From Harriotta raleighana (Eukaryota), in NCBI GenBank assembly GCA_050575255.1, contig JBNZDD010013726.1, positions 10,198,618 to 10,262,617 of the forward strand: a stretch of 64,000 nt of DNA, read 5' to 3'. The notes under the pieces are model-generated. The model saw only the letters and a list, made by a program, of their open reading frames with translations. It had not been told where the DNA came from and searched no databases. This document shows, piece after piece, positions 28,001-39,700 of this stretch (within the stretch, counting starts at the first letter, position 1; each line of letters begins with the position of its first letter). The position numbers and the translations under genes are program-made.

Positions 28001-30500
28001 ATCTTGTCTGTTGATCAAATCGTTAGCTGTACTTAATGACTTAGAAAAGAAAGGACCAGAAGCTAAAAATTGCTAGATAACATTGAATACTATATTGGAG
28101 AGTGGGTGAACCAATATAAAGCTCCCACACAAGTGTATATTCCCTAAATTTACTTAGATTATTATTACATGGATTAATTAGCACACCATCCTATGAATTA
28201 GGATGAAACCTTATGGATATAATTGTATGTTCAGAAGTGAGCAATTCATGTTAACCCCTCTGAGATTATTATACTTCAGATAGATTACACACAAGGAAGT
28301 AATCGAGTATTTAACCAGTGAATGTACTGAGCTTTCCTGGCTTCAGGATGTTTCTGCCAGAACATGTATTATTTATGGATTATTAATAGAAAGAATTATA
28401 GCCCAAAATGGGAAAAGATATAAGTCATTTTTCTGTGGGTTTAGAAAAATAAATTTCATAAGAGACAAAGAAAAGCAAAGAAAAAGCAGGCTCTGCCCAT
28501 GGACATTAATTTCCATCACACGCACACAAGCGTCCAAACTCAGCACTTAGCCAAACAATTCTTGATTCCCTTGGTATCATTAAAAAACCTGATATTACAC
28601 TGAATTAAACCTATTGATATTCCCCCAATTACTCAGATACTTCAGTTTGTATTCTGGCAATCTAAGGGTGAAAATGTGCTGTTACATAACAAATTAAATT
28701 TTATCATATCGATTTTGTCAGGGTGTGAAAAGTACTACATCAAATGCAAGGATTATGTGTAAATGTAATCCACGTAAAGATATCTGCAGCACATTAAACT
28801 ACTGAATTGTGTTTTTAAAATATGTTGATAACACCAGATAATAACAAGTGAAGCTCCCGTGAAAAATTTGAAAGGTTAATGTTCGGAAAGAATGCAATAT
28901 CAGGATCCATTCGCTGAATTTTCTTTTTGTTTAAGATAAAGGAACATTAAGATGTGGTGCTATCTTTACCCCCAAATAACTATTTTCAGCGGGTTGTATA
29001 TTCCACAGGTTACTTAGTAAAAGCAAGTAGCATAAGAGATGTTCATCAGATTATGTGCCAGGGTCTGATATTAATGGAAATGTGAATTACTGATAACATC
29101 AAGTTTTTTGATAAAGAATCTGATTTTTACTGAAGATGATTTTGCCCCTATTTGTGCATTTTGTGCATTCACAAATGTGAATAAAACCCTGGTTTTGTAA
29201 TAATGCCATATTATAATATATATTATAATATTTGCCTTTATTCCTTTGAAAAACAATATTTAAAAAAATGTGCTGTTAAATGAAGATTGTCTTTATTTTT
29301 ACTGGAAGACATTTATTGCTTTGTTACAGAAGTTACAATCTCCCATAGCATTGTAAATAGCAATAGGTCTGTAAATGAATGCCTTAGTGTTGTTTCAGCC
29401 AAGCAGGTAGCAATAAACAAGCTTAAAACATCATTCAGTCTGGATCTGTTAAGGATCAGTTAGCAATCTTCCAAAAAATATTATTTTTGCAATAGGTTTT
29501 CTCGCTAAATAATGAGGTTAAACTACTTATACTGTTAAAGTACCAGTGCAAAATTTTAATCAAAAATGATAGAGCTCATTCAAAGGAAAAAAAAATAACG
29601 AAAACTTTGTTCTTTTTCTCACCAGTGGAAATTGATTTAGTTATGCAAATTACTGCTATGAATATTAAGTCACTGAAGAAAGGTTTCTAATGAAGGGACC
29701 TTTTGTTTTGGAAATGCAAAAATATATGCTTTAATTTCTTGCTAATTTACTGTTCTTTGATAATGTTCACATTTTTCCCCACAGTGACTCCGCTGATGGT
29801 TTTAATACTGTGAATACAACTACAGGCCAACAATACTGGTTTTGACAAGCCCTCCCCTGTGTAACAATAGATCATGATTTGCAGCCCCTTATGCACAATT
29901 CTATTAGGGTGAATTTTGTCTATGGGGCTTTCCTTGAAATGAATTCTCATTTTAATGCTAGCCTCCTGCAGTTTTTAATTTTTAAACTGTAATATGAAAT
30001 TGCAAATTTCACAAACATCATTTGAGAAAGCCACTAGGACAGAATTGAATGCCAAAGTGTACATATTGTGTAATTAGGCTTTTATGAAAAACAGCATATC
30101 AATGTCAAGCTAAAAATTAACTTAAAGATCCAGTTACTAATTGGAAAAAAAGTATATATGTATATTGCACTCAAGGCTGGAAATTATTTTCAGGGTTAAG
30201 GCTGAGGTTACTTCAGGTCACAGATTGGAAGATAAATACTGGAGTATTTAATTATTTAACTTTGGATTCAATATGTAGATAACATTATGAAAATTGCAAT
30301 AATATTACAACCCAAACAATTATGTAGGATTTTAATAGATTATACCCAGTTATTTTATGTTCTCATACTTTCTTTTCATTGCCTTCTGTAATATCTGCAT
30401 TAAGACATCCAAATTTTGAAAACATTTTTACTGGGGACATTTAAAAAAAAATTACACTGTCTTTCAATTCCTACCAAATCAGAGACCATAGAAGACTAAT

Positions 30501-30817
30501 AATTATAATCCTTGCATTTGATATTACGCCTTGTCACGTCCTCGAGACATCTCAAACCGCTTCACAGAATATACTGCAACCGTATATTTTGTGGGCAAAA
30601 AAGTGCCAGCCAATTGCAGTTTGTCGAACACAGTCGTGGATTGAGTGACTAAATTATTTTTTCTGAAGCGATTATCACTCCCGGAAAAGTGATTCGCCAA
30701 TCAACTAACAACCAGGTTCCTACTTATTGCTAGGTAAGTGGAGGCATGTGGAGTAAGGAAACTCAAGTTCTCTCGCTTGCAACGCAAGTGCTCTAATCAC
30801 TAAGCTACAGGATACTC
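30501..30817 (-). mobile_element. Full-length SINE, same family
   Basis: Reverse-complement tail, core and tRNA head. Confidence 0.8.
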
Positions 30818-31649
30818 TATATGATATAACTTAATATAGGATGATATTAATGAAATACAGACATGTCGAAATTGAACTTTTTCTGATTAAAAATATCAAT
30901 ACAGCACACTGGGTAGGTAGGAAGCTGTTAAAATCAACATAACCGCATTCTTCACTTGTGGTTGTTGAAATCACAAAGCACATCTCATTACTGCAATTGA
31001 ATCATAGAATTTGAAGTAAAGTACTAATATATCAAGTGAATCAAGTGTCATGATACTAGCTGTTGTTTAACTTTGTTACAGGAGTTACATGCTTGACATA
31101 CTTTGCATGGTCAAAAATAAGTGAGACTGTAACATCCTCAGATAAGATCATAAATTTAAAAAGCTGACTACTGAACATTCACTCATCATTTCTCAGCTTT
31201 TAAAATATTGAGATTCTATTTTATTTGCTCTGAAACTGGCCATTTCAATACCTATACAGGTATTTTGCAATTATCGCTAATGTGTTCCTTATTACAGCTA
31301 ACTGCTGCCAATTTTCTCAGCACCTTCGGTTGTTTAGTTTGATATTATCATTTGATATTAAAAGTTTTTTTTAAAAATTGATACCGGGAGTTTGTACTGT
31401 ATATAAAAACAAAATGAGCAACCGTCTCACTTGACAGGAAACACTATTTCTAATAAATATCCGTGTCTAAATTATATATTGACTGATATATTTAACTGTA
31501 TATATATGTAAATATTGAATTAGTGGCTGGAATGTAATTTTAATGATACACTGAACCACAAGAGTGAAACGAGGAGTTGTAGAACCATCATCAAAATCAT
31601 GAAATTGGATTAGTTGTAAGATCCCCCACCCAAGAGATTACACCATNTC

Positions 31650-31951
31650 CTGAGTTGCTCTATGTCGCATGTGATCTGCGTTGCGCTATATCGCGTGTGA
31701 TCTCCTGCGTTGCGCTACATCGAGCGCCAGACTCACAATGAAGCCATGTAAGTACATAGTAATATTTTATTTTATTTACAGTACTGTACATATTAGGAGG
31801 GGGGCAGGGGAGAGAGGGCAGCCCACTATACACTACAACCAATCACTGTATGTTACTGTAAGCATTATAGGGGGGTGACTCGACTTACATACAAATTCGA
31901 CTTACACCACATCTTAGGAACCTAACCCTGACGTAACTTGAGGACAGCCTG
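31650..31951. mobile_element. Right end of a Tigger-like MITE (left end lost at a contig break)
   Basis: Terminus cgacttac...gtaacttgaggacagcctg-TA; n at 31648. Confidence 0.55.
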
Positions 31952-32069
31952 TATACATCTTATCTTCACCCACAGATAGTCAATTCACTTTAAAGCATAA
32001 TCTGTGAAGCGCTTTGAGACGCCTTGAAGACGTGAAAAGCGCGATATCAAATGCAAGGATTATTAGTAA

Positions 32070-32370
32070 CCAGACCATGACCCATTCATTCTGCCTTCCC
32101 CTACCTCTGCACCTCCGCAGTATTGCCCGCCTCCACCTCCGATCATTACATCCAGTCCCTAACCAAAACTACATCTTTGCTGCATCGCCTACCTCAGCCA
32201 TTATGCCAAATCCCTCCACCTCATCATTTTCAAAAACCTCAAGACCTTAGTCTTTGAGCAAACCTACCTATATCTGTCCTTCTCAACTCCTTGTCCAGCA
32301 TCTGGCACCATTTCCGTGAGGCTCTTTGAGACGTTTCTCTGCTTGAAGGACACGAAATGCAAATGTTTGG
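32070..32370 (+). mobile_element. L2-type LINE 3' end
   Basis: C-rich body ending gtgaggctctttgagacgtttctc...aaatgcaa. Confidence 0.55.
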
Positions 32371-33078
32371 GATGTACTATATTACATGAATTCCAAATTC
32401 CGGAGGGTGGAGATGCAAATTTCCTAAGTACCTTGCTAAAGAATATCTGTAATTATATAGTCAATTCACTTTACAGTATATTCTGTGAAGTGCTTTGAGA
32501 CACCTCAAAGACATAAGGTGCTATACCATATGCAAGGATATTATTAGTAGCTAAAATTAATTCAAATATTTTAATTCTGATTAAGTATGTGTGGTGGGTT
32601 GGAAGAAGAAAGAGAACACAGCGTGGATTATTCTTTGGTTGAGACTTTTCAAATTCCCCTATCACGTCTAAACAAAATCCAACAAACATATAGTTTGACT
32701 AAGATATCTTAAAAGCAGCTACGCTGCAAAGCATTCATGTGATGTAGCTGACAAACTGGCTAATTGTGAAATATTGTAGCCCGAATGATGCATACATCTG
32801 CATTTGGATCAGAAAATCCTGCAAGTTCAGTATCAGCATGTGAACAAACTTTAAAAAGGTACAGTATTACCATTTGTCTGACTTCAGCAAACATTCAGTG
32901 TTTACAGTGCTAACTAACCCCTATGGCTTACATATTTGTCTGTAGCAGGCTACGCCCTAGATGATCAGCAACCCTCCTGGAATGCCACATAATGTTCCAG
33001 GTCTGAAAAAGCAGTTCACTCTATTGAAAATGTAAAGATGCAATCTTCACCAGTAAAATAGAAGTAGAAGAGCTAGGA

Positions 33079-33100
33079 TTTAATGTACAGATTATTTAAT
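33079..33100 (-). terminator. Candidate MKI67 polyadenylation signals (two ATTAAA)
   Basis: tttaat on + at 33079-33084 and 33095-33100, about 540 nt past the stop in an AU-rich UTR-like region. Confidence 0.45.
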
Positions 33101-33630
33101 TTCAAAATTAAACTTCTTGTTGCATACAAATTTGAAGCACTTACAAATATAAAATTCCAACTGTATCTTTAAAAAGAATAGAACGAAGACAACTGTACCT
33201 CAGATTACAAAAAAGTCATACGTTGGTGTATAAAACAAAATCTCGCAAAGCTTTTTGTGTTGATATGCAATTCTAATCCTGGATCTAATCCTAAAGGCAG
33301 AAAATGAAATACTTGTGTAGTCAGAAAGGTTTACATCTTTAACATTAAACAATTGCTAATCAAATAATAAAACCTGATGTTTTTTTACCCGTCCCCAACA
33401 GTAAATGAAAAAATAAATTCGAATAGGTCAATGATCATTTTACAACAGATAGCAATGCAACTTTTTTTTTTGCAGACAGCCACAAGCAATTTATAGAACA
33501 AAACACAATGTGCTGGATATTAAATTTGCCATTACCCATTTTAGAACATAAGATGGAAAAACAGAAGGTAGGCAAATATGTTTTTAAAAATTACTGGAGT
33601 CTCCCAATAGACTGGTTGTAAAGATACTGT

Positions 33631-33761
33631 CTATTTTTGTGATTTAGTTGTACATCTAGTTTGTTTGGCTTGAGGTTTTGTGGCTTCAGGACTCCTTTCT
33701 TTTGTACTCATCACAGTCTTCAATTTTCTAGTACGAGTAGTCATCTTCCCATCGACTGCTT
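33631..33761 (-). CDS. MKI67: MKI67 last coding exon
   Basis: ttctttaactttatag|EAVDGKMTTRTRKLK...TRCTTKSQK*; phase-compatible, with a basic TR-rich tail. Confidence 0.85.
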
Positions 33762-36700
33762 CTATAAAGTTAAAGAAACACCAATAGGATCTTAGATCAA
33801 AATAATAATAATTTGGTGACTCAATCCGCGGTTTGTACGCATGTGGCTGCACCTACAAATTATAGTCAATTCACTTTACAGTATATTCTGTGAAGTGCTT
33901 TGAGATATCTCAAAGAAGTAATAAGGCGCGATACCAAATGTATATTATATCATGAATATCCAAATTGTAAATCAATGATAATAAAAATTATGTTTTAATC
34001 CAACTGTACATAATAAGTCAAATATAAACATCTGTGTACTTTAGTGACCAATGATAAAATCACAATCCTGCCATGACAAAAAAAATCAAATTGCGAATTG
34101 TAAGCCAATTACTTGTATTGATTTATTTTGAAATCTGCAATGAACATTCTAGGGCCACATGAGTGTTTCCTTACCTTTTGTTTTGGCCTTTTTAAGAGCT
34201 GCAGTATCTTCAGTTTCTGTAGCAGCACGCTTTCCTCTCAGACTACTTTTTGAACTGCTTTGGGATGCCGGTGTAAGCGATGTTTCAGCTGACGACTGAA
34301 GAGATTCCTCTACCATATTGGGAACTCCACGTGCTTTATTAGCTCTCGTCATCCTCTTGGCTGGTTTTGAAACTGAGGGAAGGTCAGCTTGATGATCTTC
34401 ACTATTCTCTGCCCCACTGGTCTTCAGTTGGATATTCTGGTAACCACTCATTTGTATTTCAAGTTTGGATTTCTCTCCCCTCCTTTTAATTGGTTCAGCT
34501 TCTTCTACCTGAACAACTGGAACAATAGCTGCCTTTTTGGAAGCATTTCCTCTTCTGGCTCTTTTGTATTTTTCTGCTTCATTAGCCAAATTCTGTACAT
34601 TGCACTCGTTTTCAGTTATATTAACGTTCGCCTTGATTGCAATCACTGGATTATTTTTAACCATTCCACGGCCACCTCTTCTGTGGGTCTTGACACGAAT
34701 ATCAAGTTCTTCATCCTTTGAAATAGGATCTTTTAGACCTCCCTCGTTCACCTCTTGCAGAACTATTGCAGTCTCCTCCATTTTCCTTTTACCGCGTTTA
34801 ATATAAGATTTGGTTTTCGCTGCCTTTTCTTTCTTAGCGGGAACGGATTCATTTAAAATCACCTCAAAAGACTCATCTATAATTTGCACAGCAGGATCGG
34901 CAGCACAATCATCTTCCGCCAGGCATTCCTTTGCAATCGCTATTGTAGATTTCGCCGCTCTTGTGTTTCGTCTCGTTTGAATGACTTTGATTTCATCATC
35001 CCTCTGTGATGACAGCACTTTCATTTTCTTAGATTTTCCTTGTTCTTTCGGTATTTCTGCAGGTGTAGACAGCTCTTCAATCACAGCACATAATTCAACA
35101 TCCACTGCAGTTAAATCTACTTGGGGTTCAGTTTGCCCTGATGTTTCAACTGGGCATTGCTTTGATCGTGTAACTCTCTTATTCATAACTACTGAACTAT
35201 TACCTTTTATCAACCTGCTTTCTGGCAACGGAGATTCTTCTTTCTCTTCAGCAGTCATATGCAGTACATTTCCTGTAGTTGCACCCATGTTCTCCTCAGG
35301 TTTGTTTCTTTGCAATTTTCTTAAATTCATCTCTTTCAGATTTTTCCCCTTATTTTGAATTTTTTTCTGCACAGCCCTCTCTCTGGGCGTTTTCTTTTTA
35401 GGTGGAAGATTTAAATCAGATTGAATGTCTTGAGTAACCTTTTCATACTCATCCATTGCCAGTGCACTTTCATTGACATTTTCCTCATTTTTGTCATTTT
35501 CAGACAACTCTGGCTCACAAAATATCTTGTCTTTCTCTTCGGATTTTCCCTTTTCCTGCTTTATTAAAGCAAAAGCATTGTTTGCATTACAAATTCCGTC
35601 ACCATCTTCACTCTCTGTTTTTCCACATTCTTTCAACTCAGGTGAAATTGGAGAATTCACTGCCTTCCATGCAGATCTTCCTCTTCGCGCTCTAGTTACG
35701 GCTACAGGAAACTCAGTCACATCACTTTCCTCTTGTATTGATTCTAATGCAAAGTCTGGTTTTAATTTACGATCCCAGCACACAGTTTTCTTCAAGCATA
35801 TTTCTTCCACTTTTTGGATTCTTCCTTTTCGTGATTTTTTTGCTAGGTCAAGAGAGGGTTTTAGTTCTCCATTAGGGGGTTCTTTATTTGTTCTCTTTCC
35901 TTGTACAGACTTAGATTTGGAGGTGGCTGAATCCTCTTCTGTGCATTGCTTTTGACTAGAAGAGACTTCAACTTTGCAATCATCTTCTTGCTGATCCTTT
36001 AATTTATTTTCTGAGCCAAACAATTCCTGAATATCCTCAACTGGTGCATTCCGAGTCCCTCTTTTCCGTGTATTCATCTTTGCTTGGCTAGCTGTATTTT
36101 TTTCTTCGGCCTCGTCGACATTTGCATTTTTTCCCCTCAATTTTTTCGCTGTTGCATTGGATATGTCTATGCCTGGTCCTGGAGAATGTTTAGTTTCTGT
36201 GCCTTGAATGGACATCTTGAATGAGACACACTGATTTTTCTCTACTTCAGATACCTCACCATTGTCAATTTTGTTCTTTCCTTTTTGCAATCTCTTCCGT
36301 GAAGTTAAATTTGATGTTTTCTTGGCTTGTGGAACTGGATTTCTCTTGCCTCGTGTGGAGGTTTTTGCTGCAGGTGAATCTTTCACTTCTACAGGTGAAT
36401 CTATCACTTTGACTTGGACATTGTGAGTTTCCTTCTTTCTTGAAGTTAAATCCACTAATTCATGTGGAGCTTGGGTTTCGCTTTCATCTTTTCTGTTTAG
36501 TGCTAAAGCAACTGGACTTTTTACTACCTCAGCATAATTTTCTTTTAGATCCGCAACATTACTATTCTTCCCTCTCAGTGTTCTTTGAGTTTGTGGCACC
36601 AAATCAATTATATCCTCAGTTTGTCCAGCTTGAGACGCCTTCTTGTCAAGTGTAACAGTCTTGTTGGGTATTAGCAATTCTTTCACTTCAGTGTCTTGAA

Positions 36701-39700
36701 GGTTTGGGAGTTTGCTCTTTCCCCTCAATTTTATTGATGGTGAAACTAATTGACTCATTTCTTCAGTTTGTTGACCCGAAGGCAGCAATTCTTGCACTTT
36801 AACTGCTTTCAGATTTTTCCCCTTATTTTCAATTTCTTTCTGTGCAGCCTTCCCTCTGGGCATTTTCTTTTTGGGTGGAAGATTTGAATCAGATTGAATG
36901 TCTTGAGTAACCTTTTCATACTCATTCATTGCCAGTACACCTTCATTGACATTTTCATCTGGTTTGTCCTTTTCAGACTTCTCCTCTGGCTCACAAAATA
37001 TGTTGTCTTTCCCTTTGGATTTTCCCTTTTCCTGCTTTATTAATGCAAAAGCATCATTTGTATTAGAAATTTCGTCACTATTTTCACCCTCTATCTTTCC
37101 AGATTCTTTCAACACAAGGAAAATTGGAGAATTCGCTGCCTTTTTGGCAGCTCTTCCTCTTTGTGCTCTAGTTATGGCTACAGGAAACTCTGTTAACTCA
37201 ACTGGTGCATCTTGAGTCCCTCTTTTCCATGTATGCTGATTTTCATCCTTCCCTCTCAGTATTCTTTGGGTTTGTGGCACCAAATCATTTATATCCCCAG
37301 TATCTCCATCTTGAGACTCTTTCTTGATTGGTGTAATAGTCTTGTTGGGAATTAGCAATTCTTTCACTTCAGTATCTTCCAGGATTTGGAGTTCGCTCTT
37401 TTCCCTAAATTTTAATGACGGTGAAACTAATTGACTTATTTCTTCAGTTTGTTGATCCCAAGACCCCTTCTTGTCTGGAGTGACGGTCTTTCTTGGGGCC
37501 GATAATTCTTCCACTTTAAATTCTTGATCACTCTCATATTCATTCTTCTTCCTTAATGATGTCCTTTTTGGTGTAGTCAATTCGACTTCTTTAATTTGTC
37601 TCCCTTCAGGCTCTTTCATAACTGGTGTGGCATTTTTTATTGTGGCAGACAATTCCTGTAATTCAGTTGTTTGAGAATTTTGTTTAACATTTGGCACTCT
37701 CAATGATCTCCTGGTTGGTGAAGCTAATTTATTTTCTTCACTATAACCAACTATACCCACATTTGTTGTAATGCTCTCATGTGATAATGGCAATTCTTCC
37801 ACTGCACTTCCTTGAACATTTTCAGGCTCGTTCTTCTCTTTTAATGATTTCTGTGTTGGTGATGTCAACTTGTTTACTTCAGCTTGCACATTTTTAGATT
37901 CGAATCTCTCGACTACACTACATTTCGCATTCTTTTCACAATTCTCCAGTATTATTTGAACATATTTCTCATCCTTCTTTACTTCTGAGTGTTTTAGTTC
38001 ATCTTTCCTTTGTTGAAACGCTTTTGTTGGTGTACCGATAATTGGCACTCCACTGATGTTTTGAGATTTCTCAAGCATGTCAGAGGCTTCTTTTGTAGAT
38101 ACACCAGAATCCATAAACTCAACTAGAAGGAAATAAAAAAAAGTGCATATTATAAGTTAGTTGTTTTTACTGGTACATAAGTACAATAGTTAGCTTTTAA
38201 ACAATGTCTTGTTCTAGTGAAAAGGACTTCAGACTAAACTATTTTTAAATAGACAGTTCCAAACAGCATAGTTTCATAAAAGATTTCTGGTAGCAACCTT
38301 TGCACTACTTGAGAACAGGCCAGTTTGTGATTGAAGAACATGTCAAATTAAATTTGATCCATTCTTGCCTTTGTCCAGCTAAACTACAGACTTGATGACA
38401 AGACCACACAAAACATCATTGGGGACACTAAGACTTTAGTTGGATTGAATAATGGTGTAGGATTCTGTAATTAATGTGTTAATTGTACATTTGTCAGTCC
38501 TTACTTCACCGCAGGATCACAAATTTAAATCAACCCTTACATAACGAACTAGAGTTAACGACATTACCTAACAAAACATCATTGGGGATACTAAGACTTT
38601 AGTTGGATTGAATCCTGGACTCCTTGTATGGTCATTAGTTATATGAACAAAATGAATGCTTGGATCCGAAAAGAAAATGCTATTAAATCTCTCAATGGTA
38701 TAAGAGCATCTCCCAGGTAGTCTCACAATCAAATTCTCATATCTGGATATCGTTTTAATTTCATAAATATATCAACAGATCACTTGGTGAAAAATTTACA
38801 GTAAATCACAATCTTAATTGGCTGAAAAAACATACCAACATCATGCTTGGAAAATGCATGTGTAGTTTCAAGCTGATTTGATGACTGTGCACATTCTTTA
38901 TTGGAAAATGGAGGAGACTTGGTATTGTTATCTTGATCTTGTATTGTAGTTAACTAATAAAACAAAAATATTCAGAAATAAAGACTTGCAGTAAAGCTAG
39001 AAACAGAGGCCCGTTTGAAGGATTCAAGGAAGATGTGAAAACTGAAATAAATACAATTAAATTGTTAAAACATCAAACTTCAAAGGACAGCATTTAGAAA
39101 ACAAATTTTGATCTAATGTAAACTCTTAGCATATTGATTGATCACTTAAGTAACATGTAATATGCCTGGGATCATTTTTAAAATCAATGCAAGTTATGTT
39201 CAGCATTGTTTTTTGCAGTCAATTCTTCAATTCAGCCCAAATTGCAGCTGTAACTAGAAATAAATTTGTCCCCAGCTAAAGACAAACAATTGGAAATGTG
39301 GGCAGCCTATGAAAGTGGCAGAACATTACATTTGTCTTTCACATCAGAAGGACATCCCAAGGCACTGGACAGTTATTGATTCAGACCCGAGCTGAGGAAA
39401 GGGTTTGGGGGGGTGGGGGGGAGTTGCTGATGGGTCCATCGAAGAGAGTCTTGAGGCGAGACTTTAAGGAGGTTAGGGAGGGGGCAAGGCGGAGGGACTT
39501 CAGGATGGAATTCCAGAGGTTCCAGAGTGACTGAAGGCTCGCCCGCCAATGGTTGGGCAGTTGGGTGGGTGACATGGAGCAGGCCAAAGCTTGCTGAACG
39601 GAGGGGCGGGCAGGTTGGTAAGGGGGATAACTGATCACAGATGTAGGGTGAGGTGAGGTTGTGGGGGATTTAAATGTGAAGACAGACAATAGCAAAATTA

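Noticed and set aside
34389-37215. Several 90-160-aa plus-strand ORFs
   Set aside because: Antisense shadows of the K/E-rich MKI67 exon 15
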